A stretch of 64,000 nucleotides of DNA. Source: Zancudomyces culisetae HAW-14-8. Taxonomy: Eukaryota; Fungi; Kickxellomycota. The DNA lies in contig JBNJNM010000021.1 of assembly GCA_052426225.1 (NCBI GenBank), positions 1,860,001 through 1,924,000 of the forward strand. Direction: 5' to 3'. Positions 36,568 to 48,481 of this stretch are shown one piece after another. A program made the position numbers and the translations under genes. Within the stretch, counting starts at the first letter, position 1. Each line of letters starts with the position of its first letter. The notes under the pieces were generated by a model. It worked only from the letters and a program-made list of their open reading frames with translations, did not search any database and had not been told where the DNA came from.

Positions 36568-38970
36568 CCTATCTTTTACTTTCTTTTTTCTTTCTTTCTT
36601 TCTATTCCTTTTCCGGTTTGGTTCTTGTTGGTTATGTATTTATATTCAGGGTATAGTTTCGATTCTATTCATTATTATATAAATTGTAGAATATTTAGAT
36701 ATTTTTTTATTTAAATAGTTTTTTAAAGTGTATTTTCTTTAAGGCAATACAGTTTGTGAAGATATCCTCTCATATCTCTAAATCTCTCATTATCTCCCAC
36801 ACTGACATTTAAAATACATACAACGGGTTAGGTTTATTTAGTTTCTTGATTGAATACAATATAATTCTGGACTTACAATTTCAATTTTTTAATTTTATTT
36901 CGAGTGACTTTGGTTATTTAAACAAAGTGATAGTCGTAAGGATTTATTGTATAGAATCACTTTTATACTATATTAATATATTCATCAATATCTGTATAAA
37001 TGCTTTAATCCGCTTTTATTGTTTTATTCTTTCTTTTTATTTAAAAAAAGGGTGATATGTAGGTGGAGGGGAAGGTTAAGGGGAGGGGGGGTGCGGAGTA
37101 TATATTTCTTTTTTAAATATGCTTTTATACTCTCCTCCTTTTTTCTTTTTCTTTTTTTTTTTGTAATTTAATTCTTTTACTTTTTAATTAAATAAATGTT
37201 TTGTGCTCTAATTTACCAAATACACGTTTGTCAAATTATTAATACTCTTTACTTTTTGAAAACAAATAAATAAATAAATAAATAATAACAAAAACAAAAA
37301 CAAAAAGTACGAATACGGCGAGTATAATCTTTAAATCCCAGTAATATGTGGAGTTTTATTTTTATTTTTGTAATGTATGTGTGTATGATGTGTTGGTAAG
37401 TATGTAAGTATGTATGTGTGTGTGTGTGTGATTTCAATATTTAACGAACCTTATAGTTCTTTGTCAATTTGCAAAATAATATAAAATGGAAAATGTATAT
37501 TTTTTTTTCGATAAAAAAATGATGGGGTAGTTTTATGGAATAAAACGTGTAGGTTGACAGTTATAATGTATCTGTTTTTACAAATATATTGTTGTTGCAT
37601 TACATCCAGAAAATTAAAGCCAAATGGGAAGGGGAGAAGGGGAGGAGAGAGAAGGGAGAAGGGAGAATATTCTGGTATACATTTCATCCTAATTCAAATT
37701 CAAACTCAAACTCAAATCCACCTGTATTAACTATTAATAATACCAAAAATGGGATTGCAAACTGAGGGTTGGGGATGGGTAGGAGAAAGAGGAAAAAGAA
37801 GAAAGAGGGGAGGGGAGAGGGGAGGAGAGGAATGAAGTTATTTGTAAATAAACGTTTTGATGATTGCGTTTTTATTGTTTTCTTTGGTTCTTCATTTTTC
37901 AGCTAGTATCATTTTTTATTCTTACATTTCTTTCATTCTTGAATTTCTATATTCTCGTTTCCTCTCCTCCTCTTTTTCCCATCCTTATAAACCTTGTTGG
38001 GTTTAATTGTTTATTTAGTAAACAAAGTCTCCAACTATAAATATTTATATATAAAAATATAAAAATAAATAAATAAGTAAATAAATCAAGATATAAAACC
38101 TGATCTACTTGAATACTTTCTGCAGCTAAATTTTACTTGCAAAATCCATTGAGCAAGTTTCAAAATCAAGTAAATTGATAATCAATAATCAGCAGTATAA
38201 AACAGTATTAATACTAATAATAATATTGATAATAGTAGAGAATTAATAATCCACCTATTTCCAATGCCATAAAATTTATAAATAGGTTTGTTTTTTTTTT
38301 CCAACAGATTTTGATTATTTGCTAGTTTGCTAGATGTATAAACTCTATTTCCTATATTACCATTTGTTTACTTTTTATGTAATCCAAAAGAATTTAAACT
38401 TGAAAAAGCAATAAGGACCTGTCTTATTAACCTCTTATCCCCCCCCCTACCCATTTTTTTGTTACTAGAAATGATATTAATCAATAGCATTTGATATTTT
38501 ATACTCTCTTTAAAGCAGAATAGAGTTCAGTTGAGGGGGGGGAGAGTGTGTGTGTTTTAGAATTATTCTGGTGTTACGTATTGTACCATTAATTAAGTAG
38601 ACTATTTCATTAACCAATCCTTTAAACTCAATTTATAAATACACTTGCACTCGCACATACAATTACACATACAATTACACAAAAGGTTTGATACCCATCA
38701 ATGTATTATTTACCAAAGTCGATATTAACAATTGTGAGGGGATATATCATGTAAACTTGATTTGATTTGATTGATTTGGTAAAATCGAGAATAGAGATAT
38801 TTTATTCTTGCAGATTTATAATGAAAAGTACATTGTTTTATCAAATATTCGAAATAACATAATATCCATATGATAGTATTCTAACAAAAGATGACTAGAT
38901 TGCTTACATAACCATCATATACACCAAAAACCTTGAAATAATAGAGGAAAGGAGATTCAATCTCATTCAA

Positions 38971-40416
38971 TTAAAGTTTGCTAATAAACTGGATACTCTT
39001 TTTCAGCAACAATGCCAAGAGTGCACATCGTACAGAGGTGCCCATTACTATGGCAAGAAAGGCAACACGATAATAGTTTATGAAACCGGTACCGCTATTC
39101 CATCGATTTTTATGATAAGGTTTGCGAAATAGTGGGGAGCCCGAAATACACTTGATTAGCGTGTTGTGTTGGGCTAGATCAATCATCCAATTTACATCAA
39201 ACCAAATGTATTTGTCTAGTTTTGGCCAGCTTCCAGAAACGCTTGTATAGCTGCTGCTTAGGTTGGTTGGGTGAATGGGATTTAGCATATCGACAAAATC
39301 GCAAACTATTGACAATGAAAGTCCCCATAAATAAATGTGGGTATCGGAGGCATATTTTAGTGGTTTTAGGCTTGAAGAGTTGGAAAAGTCTAGGACTTTC
39401 ATCTTGGATGGTAACATGGTATTGTTGTTATTGTTACTTTTATTGTTGTAATCATCAGAATCATGAGCTGGTGGTTGTAAAGATGACAATTCTTTTGTAA
39501 CACTGGCGCATTTACCGACTTGTACAGGCTCTTGGAATCTGTTACAATGGCTAGCTACAGAATGTATCGGAAGTTCCAAGCAGGAAAAATAATACCCGCC
39601 GAGCATCCTACCCAAGGCACTGCTCTTGGCATAATGATCGATTTTGTGTTGCTTGTACAGTCCTTTACCTCTTCCCACAACTGTTTGTAAAAAAGTAGAA
39701 ATGTCATATTTTACAGCACACGCGTTTGCATCAAAGATGCGGACTGGGTGGTCAACATATTTGGTTATTTGATCCAAATCGACAAAATTCACACTGTTTA
39801 CTTCACCCTTGTCAATAAAAACACTTCTGTTTCCAGATAGTTTCAAAAAGACCTGGGGTGATACCATAATTCTTTTTTTAGACGCTTTGTCATCCAGTAT
39901 GCCTGTTGAAGTTGTCACATCGTCCAGTTCGCCTAGGTAAAAATATTTTTTGGAATCGGTGAGATCCCACCCAATCTCCTCACAAGTCTCACGGATTGCA
40001 GTGGCCTTGTCGTCATGATCAGTCGGTTCGGTTTTACCCCCAGGAAAGCCTATTTGTCCCGAAAACCGATCGTTTTCGTATGCAGCTCTCTCAATAAACA
40101 GCAACTGGGCCCGTTTTTCGGGCTCTTTTAGTTTTTCGTTAAACAGGAATTTCAAGAATGCCAGCTTTGCCGCTGTTTGGCTAGTATTCGCAGAAGTCTG
40201 GGAATATATCGAATTGGCTGTCGTCCCATTACTGTTTCTGCAAAAATTGTCAAAGTCAAGTTGTAAATCATCCAGAAACTCAAAGCATATTACTATAGCA
40301 ACAGCAGCTCGTCTCATGGACTCTCTCTTGAAAGCAGGGAATAAAACAAGATGCGTGGCTAACTGTTGGATCAATTCCCAGTTTTTGTATGATGATATTT
40401 TTTGAAGGGTCGGCAT
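38971..40416 (-). CDS. Nudix hydrolase, CoA-pyrophosphatase-like subfamily
   Basis: RRAAVAIV, LLFIERA, SGQIGFPGGK and Nudix box ATAIRETCEEIG; LWGLSL; C-terminal hydrophobic helix. Confidence 0.85.
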   Translation of the reverse strand: MPTLQKISSYKNWELIQQLATHLVLFPAFKRESMRRAAVAIVICFEFLDDLQLDFDNFCRNSNGTTANSIYSQTSANTSQTAAKLAFLKFLFNEKLKEPEKRAQLLFIERAAYENDRFSGQIGFPGGKTEPTDHDDKATAIRETCEEIGWDLTDSKKYFYLGELDDVTTSTGILDDKASKKRIMVSPQVFLKLSGNRSVFIDKGEVNSVNFVDLDQITKYVDHPVRIFDANACAVKYDISTFLQTVVGRGKGLYKQHKIDHYAKSSALGRMLGGYYFSCLELPIHSVASHCNRFQEPVQVGKCASVTKELSSLQPPAHDSDDYNNKSNNNNNTMLPSKMKVLDFSNSSSLKPLKYASDTHIYLWGLSLSIVCDFVDMLNPIHPTNLSSSYTSVSGSWPKLDKYIWFDVNWMIDLAQHNTLIKCISGSPLFRKPYHKNRWNSGTGFINYYRVAFLAIVMGTSVRCALLALLLKKSIQFISKL

Positions 40417-40964
40417 TGAATGAGGTTTTAATTTTATTTTTTTTCACCCTTGTGGATATTCCTAGAATGTTGTGTGTTTCTTATATATACTAAACTGATT
40501 TTTTTGCTCTACACAATGTATTGAGACTGTTATACAAGCATAATAGTCAACATTTGTTAATATTAGTTGTTATTTGTAGGTTTGTTATTATAGTACAAGT
40601 AAAGGATGTTTAAAAAACCAATTTGAAACTGGGGAAGGGCAAGGGGAAGGGGAAGAGGAAGAGGGTGTTTTGTATAATCGGAATTTCTGAGATCATGTGA
40701 AAATCCAAAACTTGGTTTAATTGTTGATTAGTTAGTTAATTAATTCAATAATTTGGTAGGGAAGACGAGATATTGATGAACAAGTGTAAAGGTTAGGGAT
40801 AAGAAAATTTGAATGTATAATGCGAATGGTTACGATTTGGACAAGATAAAAGACAAGTCAGACAGAGATTGAATATATAAATAGAATTAAAAATATAAAT
40901 ATAAATATAAAAGATAGGTCAAGACATCCCTAAAAAGAGATAAAAAGAGAAGAAAAAAAAAAGA

Positions 40965-42704
40965 TTAATTGCTAAGTCTAGAGACAAAATCAGGGTGTTC
41001 TTTGATGAATTTGTATTGAGCAGCAGTGGTTTCTCTAAAAGTAATGGTGGAAACAAGTTCATCTTGGCTCTTTGCAAGTTCAACAGCGCGGTCAAGCATG
41101 GCCAAACTATCCTCAAACATTCCAAGTTGCAAGTAGATTTGGCTGAGAGCAGCAACAGCCAATTCACATTCAGGATCAACACTCATAGCGTCTTTGATAA
41201 GAACCAGACTGTCCTGAACATTTCCAGGGTGAGTAAACATGGCGAGGGCCTTGTTTACATAGGGAAGAGGATTTGATTTGTCGATGGAAATAGACTTGTC
41301 AAAGGCATTGGAGGCATCAACAACCAAACCTTGCTCAGCCAAGACTTCACCATAGTAATTGTATAGGTCAGAACGCATTGGGAAGCGGGCCATAGCCAAA
41401 TTGAAGGTCTGCATGGCATCTTCGACACGCAGCAACTTGAACTGAGACACGCCGAGCTGGATGTAAGGGTAGACGTAGGTGGGGTCGAGGTCAAGGGCCT
41501 TTTGGTAGTGGGAAGTTGCTTCTTCAAAGTTTTGTTTGAGGAAACTGAGCTGGCCAAGCTGGAAATAAGCTTCAGGATCAGTGGGCGCAAGATTCTGTCC
41601 CTTCATCAAGAGCTCTTCTACCTTTTCCAAATCCTTCTTTTCGGTATACATGTTTGCTTTTCTGTATAGTGTGCGCAGATGCTTTGGATCAGCCTGCAAC
41701 GCTGCCTCAAAGTCTTCCTCTGCCAACTCCAAAGATCCCTTCAAAAAGTGGTATGCTCCTCGCAAACTGTGTGCCTCAACATATGCCGCTCCGCTCAGTC
41801 CAAGCTCAATTGCCTTTTCCAAATGCTCGATTGACTCGGCATACTTCTTCTTGATGCTCAGCTCAATGCTCATGTTGTATTCTTTTACCGCCTCGCTCAG
41901 CTCCTCTGTTCCCTCCGCCTTTATTGCCTCTCCGTTGCTTCGGAACGAGTTGAAGTATCCCGAGATAAACGATTTCGATGGCAGTCTTGGTTTTCTTGTT
42001 GCCAATCTTTCTGCACTCTCTTTCTCTGCTATTGTTTTCAATACTCTTTCTGCCCCAACCGATGCTGTGTTGTTCTTAAAGTCCTCGAAAATACACGCCG
42101 TGGTATAGTCGTATAGCGATTCTTGGTTCTTTCCTACTTGTTCATACGCCTGTGCTCTTCTCATCAATGCCTTGATGTATTTTGAGTCGATCTTCAATGC
42201 CTCGTTGCAATCCTCAATCACCTCCTCGTACTTTTTCATCATTGAGTAGCAGGCTGCTCTGTTTGCATAGAATACTGGATCTTTGCTAAACTTGATTGCC
42301 TGTGTATATGTTTCCACTGCTTGCTCAAAGCTTCTTTCTCTATAGTATTCGTTGCCCTTATCTTTAAGCAGATTTCCATACTTTTTTCTCTCGCTTGCTC
42401 CCAAATTCTCAATCCCCTCCTCACTGAATTTCATTGCCGTCTCAAAATCCCCTATACTTTTCTCTACCTTGCCATTACCGGCATTGCTTTCCTTTTCCTC
42501 ATCTGACACCTTCTTGCTTTTGTTTTTGTTCTTCTTCTTCTTTTTGGTTTTTACTTCGGTAGGTGTTGTTTGGTTTCGTTGGTAGTACCAAAGTGCCAGA
42601 CCTGCTACGATTACTGGCGGAATCACCACTGATGCGACAAACTTCCAGTTTTTGTTCATCAGCCCTGTCTTGCTGACACTGCTTGCTGCTGCCTCTTCCG
42701 ACAT
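40965..42704 (-). CDS. TOM70: Mitochondrial import receptor Tom70
   Basis: N-terminal TM followed by a Lys-rich linker. TPR clamp LKDKGNEYY...FYANRAACY...YIKALMRRAQA, RLPSKSFI, further TPRs (YIQLGVSQFK, NYYGEVL, PLPYVNKA). Confidence 0.95.
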   Translation of the reverse strand: MSEEAAASSVSKTGLMNKNWKFVASVVIPPVIVAGLALWYYQRNQTTPTEVKTKKKKKNKNKSKKVSDEEKESNAGNGKVEKSIGDFETAMKFSEEGIENLGASERKKYGNLLKDKGNEYYRERSFEQAVETYTQAIKFSKDPVFYANRAACYSMMKKYEEVIEDCNEALKIDSKYIKALMRRAQAYEQVGKNQESLYDYTTACIFEDFKNNTASVGAERVLKTIAEKESAERLATRKPRLPSKSFISGYFNSFRSNGEAIKAEGTEELSEAVKEYNMSIELSIKKKYAESIEHLEKAIELGLSGAAYVEAHSLRGAYHFLKGSLELAEEDFEAALQADPKHLRTLYRKANMYTEKKDLEKVEELLMKGQNLAPTDPEAYFQLGQLSFLKQNFEEATSHYQKALDLDPTYVYPYIQLGVSQFKLLRVEDAMQTFNLAMARFPMRSDLYNYYGEVLAEQGLVVDASNAFDKSISIDKSNPLPYVNKALAMFTHPGNVQDSLVLIKDAMSVDPECELAVAALSQIYLQLGMFEDSLAMLDRAVELAKSQDELVSTITFRETTAAQYKFIKEHPDFVSRLSN

Positions 42705-43314
42705 TTTCTCCTTTTATTTCTCTTTTCTTTAATTTTTTTTTGTATATTTAGCAATATATGGTTTTCATTTATTCACTTGATTTATTATCATTTCTTTTTT
42801 TTTTATATTTTGTTTGATTATTTTTGTTTAATCAATTCCTCTCAAATTTTTGGACAAATAAAATACTGGCAAAAAAGCATAAAAAAAATCCTCCCACCCA
42901 CCACTACTTTCTGTATTCGCTATCAATTTTGTTTATTTCAAAAACAAACATTGCCAATTTTACAAAAAATTTTCATTATTTTCATTTCCATTTCATCTTG
43001 GCTGTGAATGTTTAGGCTGTAAACAAGGAAAAAATAAAGCAAAAAAGAAAAAAAAAATTTTTTATATACTTTTTATACATACATATATATATTCGTTTTT
43101 TTTTGTTGTTTTTGTTTTTTACTAATATTCAAGGCGTCATATTGCCAAAGTTCTATAGCAAACTTTCTTGCAGCTAAGCTGCAGAATAATTGCCCTGTCC
43201 TTCATCAGTTGCATCACCTTGATCATTGGAAATCTTTGAAATATTTGGTAATATTACTTTTCCTACCCACACGCTGATAAATCAATATTTTGAAGGTGCC
43301 TGATTTGATCTTTG

Positions 43315-43827
43315 TCACGATAAATAAGAGGCAAAAAATTTTTTTTCTCGACTTGCCTTTTCCTTTTCCTTTTCCTTTTCCTATTTTCTTACAAACCAAC
43401 GCTGACTGTTGTGAATATCACCCCATATCGATTTCTGTCAGCTTTTCTGCTTATCTACCTACTTACCACCACCATTTCCTTCTCCTCCACCCATTTCCCG
43501 TCAATTAATACATTATCTTGCTCTTTTTTCGCCCACTTTATTCGACATATTCTTACTGAAAAGTTAAAATAAAATGCTCCAAAAGTATGATTAATTTTCA
43601 GCTAAAACAGTGCGTTATATAGCTGAACTTGTCTTACTCACCTTTTGTTTTAAATGAAAAGCAGTCCACAGTTCCATAACCACCACTTTCCTTTATAACA
43701 CGGCAAAATGAGTATAATCTATACAAGATAATGTGTTTATAAATAAGAGTAGGATAAAGAAGAAAAAACACACACTCAGTAGTAAATTGTAAATACATTT
43801 TCAAAGACTTGTTTAGTGTAAAGTTTT
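43315..43827 (-). other. Candidate small spliced transcript (exons 43827-43797, 43718-43642, 43555-43467, 43380-43315); start codon not found, product unknown
   Basis: Three 78-86 nt GT..AG introns (donors GTATTT, GTGAGT, GTAAGT) keep one frame open to a TGA at 43315. No upstream ATG resolved. Confidence 0.3.
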
Positions 43828-46789
43828 CTGGAATTGGAAAATATTAGAATAGAACAAGTGTTTCAAACGGTTTATTCAGATTATATGCGGAATGTTGTAT
43901 ATTGAGACACACCTATTATCTCTGCTTTTGTTGTTTTTTTTTAGGGGGAGAGGGAGGAGAGGGATTTCTTCGAGTTTAATCGAGTTTTCTTTATGTTTCT
44001 ATGTGTTTTTCTTTTGGGGAGATGTTTCCGAGTTTATTTTTTCGGAATTTTGATAGTATAATGTCCTTTTGTATTCATGGATCAAAAAATGTTTTATAAC
44101 TAATCGGAATTACGGAAGAATAAAGTTGAATCGGAAAAAGATACTGGTGTGACACATATTTTAGTTTTTATTTTTATAGATGTCAAAGTATTTAATACCA
44201 TCTTGACGTTTATTTTCATACAAAGCTGTGCGCATTGTTCCGAAAAAGGATATATTGATAGCCACAAGGTGGGGTAATGATAAACGCATTATCTCCGTTG
44301 TTAAAGCGAGGAAATGAGCATTAGAAGTTGAGGATAGCAACTACTGGATCATAATTATAGTAAAAAATAGCTGTCTCTGTCCACCGTTAATTCTGCGAAA
44401 GCTTATATAATGTTTATAAATACAATATGTATATATATTTGTAAATAAATGTATATGTAAGGCGCAGGTGTAGGTGTAGGTGTAGTTATAGATCAATTTT
44501 ACCTACACAACAAGGACTCTACAAATTCATTTACCTACTCTTTTTTTTTACATTTCTCCAAATCTGCTATACAAATTTAAGTGTTATATGAACAGTTTAC
44601 CAACCTTTTACTCCAAGATGATTTTTGTTTCAGCTTTGAATCAGAGCGGACGAAATTTAACTATTTTTTTCCACTTTGTTGTTCACTTCAAGAATCAGTA
44701 TTTGTGAGAAAATACGACTTGTTAATTTTCACACCAGGAATTATAAAGTATATAAGACTTATTGTGTTGTGTTTCGAAACGTAGATTGTGAAAGTATTGG
44801 TTCATTCGGATTTTTTTCTTTTATTTTTCTTGACCGTTTTCTTCGATATTATCGTTTTTCGTTTACTGTTATTATTACAGTTATTGACACTGTAAATAGA
44901 TAATGTTTTGCACTAAACACCAAAAGGAGCGATGTTTGTAAAGTTTATCTTTCTATTCATGTTTGGGCAGTAAAAAAAAAGGATGAATATGTGTTACTAA
45001 ATGCCACATTTTCTAATTGATGTGTTTTATCGCCAAAACTTGGCCCAGTAAAGATTGCCTCAAAGCATCAAGTATATTATTCGCTCATAAGCAATTAAAC
45101 ATGGTAAAAAGTTTCTGTTTTTATTTGCTGTGTGATGTCATTGGAATCTAAATCTATGACGGTAGAACAATGATGTCATCGTTTGATAATCAAAAAATCC
45201 TCACTTATTTTCAGTTTTTTTCAGATTATATTTTCAGCTTTCCCGAACTAATTAGACAATAATTTCTAAGGGATTCTGAAAATCCCAATTTTCAACTCCA
45301 TTTGACCACAGCATGCTTTGAGAACATTCCAAAAATGTAAAGGCCTGCTTTAATTAGCCATAGTTGGCCAAATTCATCATATACGAGTCATTTCTTTCTC
45401 ACCAGCAAAAGTTTAAGTTTCAGGGGGGAAGGGGGAGGGGGAAGGGGGAATTAACGAATCAAAAACACCAATATGTTTAAACTCATGGACATTTTACTTT
45501 ATTAAAAGTGACCCACACGAAAACGATCAGTTCTAACCACAAAGAGTGAAGGGGACTACCACATTTTTTGTAATTTTCAAGCACATAATTCTGGCCACAT
45601 AATTACAAGTGATGACTAGTATAAAAATATAAAAGCTACAGCATATAATATACATCAAGCTTTATGGGTACCAAAATCAAAGTGTTGCGAACATTTGTAT
45701 TTACAATACTTCCGCCACATACTAGTCTTACACAAACCAAACCAACCTTGATTGTTCAAAATTTTCCACGTTAAAGCGGTGCTGTATATAATTAATCACC
45801 TACTTTTCAGTTTAGTTTTTTTTATTATTGCATTTTTAGGATTTTCAAGGCTGTCCATTTCGTTCCATCCCATCCCATTACTTTATTTTTGTCTTTGATT
45901 TTACGTTGAATTTTGCTCAATCGGGTAAATTTTAGTGATAAGGTTGATATATTTGCAAATATTTTGATAATTTAAAAGCTACACGCAACCACTTTGTAAG
46001 TTTATTGATTGTCTCCACTAGTCGTATAAGTATAGCTATACACATTGGATGTATGTGTATTGTATTAGCTCTATAACACCTGTGCTCAAGTAAATGTTAC
46101 ACCCACGTCAATTAGTTTGTAATAACTTTACGATTACAAATAGCACAGGCAATGAATTTTGTGTATTTAGTAAATCTCAAATTAAAACCTGGTCATTAAA
46201 TTACGTTTGGTTTACTTGTCGTTTTTTTTTCATTCCACCTCCTAATCATCTGTTTATATAATTGCTGATTTTCGGAGCTGGCCCGGAATAAACAAACAAA
46301 GCGTTTCTCCATAATGACAATTGATGAATTTGATCCACAGTTTCATCATTAATTAATAACAACACCTTTTTCTGGCACACGACATCCGGGCTTGACTTTA
46401 AAAAACGCATAACGCGGCCAATAAACTAGAAAAGGGGAGATAAAGTCAGTGAATGACAAGTTGATATTAACGTCAAGGATTTTAACAAATAGACAATTAA
46501 AAAAAAAAGTTGAATTTTAGTTTTTACACATTCATTTTTCTGGGCAAATATACAAACACATGGTGAAAAAATAAAAAGTTAAATACGACTAGTATATATA
46601 AATATTGATTTTCCCTTGTGCTTGGTGAATAATGTAAATACAAATAAATAGCTAAAAAAGTAAACCATATAGGGTATTGAAGAATAATTATATATTTGCT
46701 AAAGTCTATAAATCTCACTCAGGCTAACTATGATAGACTTATATAGTTATTGGAAATAGTTAAAAATTACAAGTGCACCACAATACGTC

Positions 46790-48481
46790 ATGGATTTTCA
46801 ATACGAAAAAATACTCAAGACAATAAACTACTTTTATATATTATTTATTCACTATGTAGAGGAGGCAAGTCGCGAAGTAAAGCTCATAATAAGGTTTAAA
46901 ACCAGTCACAAATGTGTCTTGGTTTGTGTTGGGTGCGTGTTTTTGATTTTATATGATTTTGGCAACCTGTTGAAAAAAAACAGCTATGAAAGTTGGTCGA
47001 TATCGCTGATAAATACGGGGAAAAACATAGTACTGATGCTTGTGTATTGCATTAAGTTTATTCGGTATGTCAGGAATACAGTCAAAGATGATGCAATACC
47101 TTACGGATGGAAAAAAGTGGAGTATGTTAGAAAGGGCAAACTCATGAATAGAAGAATGGAATGCTTGCAGAACATGGGCTATATTTCTACAGAAGGAATA
47201 AACGAAAATGTGTGCAAAGTTGTGCAAGAGGGAAATATAAAAGAACTGGTGCTGGGCGGCAAATTTTTAATGGAGTACATAATGAGCCCACCTTCAGTGC
47301 TCAGCAGAACCAAATTAACATGCTTTAAGAGGGGAAGGTATCTTGAAATGAGTATTGGAAAGGGAATACACCACAACATCTACGCGAGAACCTTTGCACA
47401 ATACACATCGAGTGTAGATTTAAAGGAGTCGATAGAAGCTATACAACAAAAACTGAAACGGATAATTGAAATCTCAATAGTATCTACAGGAAAGGTGTTT
47501 AACACAAAAGAAATAGAATCAACAAATCTATTTGATACTTTAAAACGGATAATGACATTTGCAATCTCTTTTAGGTATTTTGGACCCCACATAGTAAAAG
47601 ACATAGAGTTATTTGGAAGTGTGTTAGATTTGACCGAGAAGACATCAAAAGTAATAGCAGAAGAAACACTGTATACGTCTCTCTACAAAGTAGGAATCGT
47701 TGGAAAAAACCACATCTTGGAGTATTTGGAACTTGAAACCCAGCGGAGAGCATACCTACCAAGCTACCAAAAACCTAGAGATATTGTTCAGTATATAGCA
47801 GACAACAGCGATACCTTTGGAATGAACATCCAGTACCCGCTTCATTCACTCCAGTTTGTAATGGAAATGGGTGTTGCCATTATCTCAACAAGATTGCACA
47901 ACCTAATTGTTGAGCTCAGTCTGCGTCCACAGGTTTACGACGAACTAGCTGAAGAGCAGCGTTTGAGTATGGAAAAGTATCTCGATAATGGTAGTTTAAT
48001 TCCCTTCGAGGCGCTAGATGAAATGGTCCTGCTTGATGCATTTATAAAAGAGACTATCAGGCTTGCTGGTTCCTCGTCATTTATACCTCGCTACGTCTGC
48101 CAAGATTTTGTTGTTTCAAATGGTGTTACCATACCAAAAAATTCTCTCGTCAGCTTTAATATCTATTCTCATAACAGAGACACGAGTATTTTTGGAAAGA
48201 ACGCTTCTGAGTTTGATTATAAGCGACACATTCGCCTAGGCTTAAAGTTGACTGATACTGATAGTTCCAATGTAATGTGGAGCGCTGGAACTGAAGTCTG
48301 TGCAGCCAAATTGTACTCCATCTATATTATAAAGCTAATCCTCTCCCTAATTATAAGAAACTATTATATCCGAAGTCATTGCCCTATTGCTTCCCATCTA
48401 GATTCCAACAAAACCTCACATTACTCTACCAACACTGATCTCTCTAGAAACAGTGGTTTATACTTTGTATCTCGTAATTAG
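46790..48481 (+). CDS. Atypical cytochrome P450-like protein
   Basis: N-terminal hydrophobic anchor, K-helix LLDAFIKETIRL (ExxR), SNGVTIPKNS, meander region HNRDTSIFG..ASEFD..R and heme-Cys region WSAGTEVCAAK. Confidence 0.78.
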   Translation: MDFQYEKILKTINYFYILFIHYVEEASREVKLIIRFKTSHKCVLVCVGCVFLILYDFGNLLKKNSYESWSISLINTGKNIVLMLVYCIKFIRYVRNTVKDDAIPYGWKKVEYVRKGKLMNRRMECLQNMGYISTEGINENVCKVVQEGNIKELVLGGKFLMEYIMSPPSVLSRTKLTCFKRGRYLEMSIGKGIHHNIYARTFAQYTSSVDLKESIEAIQQKLKRIIEISIVSTGKVFNTKEIESTNLFDTLKRIMTFAISFRYFGPHIVKDIELFGSVLDLTEKTSKVIAEETLYTSLYKVGIVGKNHILEYLELETQRRAYLPSYQKPRDIVQYIADNSDTFGMNIQYPLHSLQFVMEMGVAIISTRLHNLIVELSLRPQVYDELAEEQRLSMEKYLDNGSLIPFEALDEMVLLDAFIKETIRLAGSSSFIPRYVCQDFVVSNGVTIPKNSLVSFNIYSHNRDTSIFGKNASEFDYKRHIRLGLKLTDTDSSNVMWSAGTEVCAAKLYSIYIIKLILSLIIRNYYIRSHCPIASHLDSNKTSHYSTNTDLSRNSGLYFVSRN

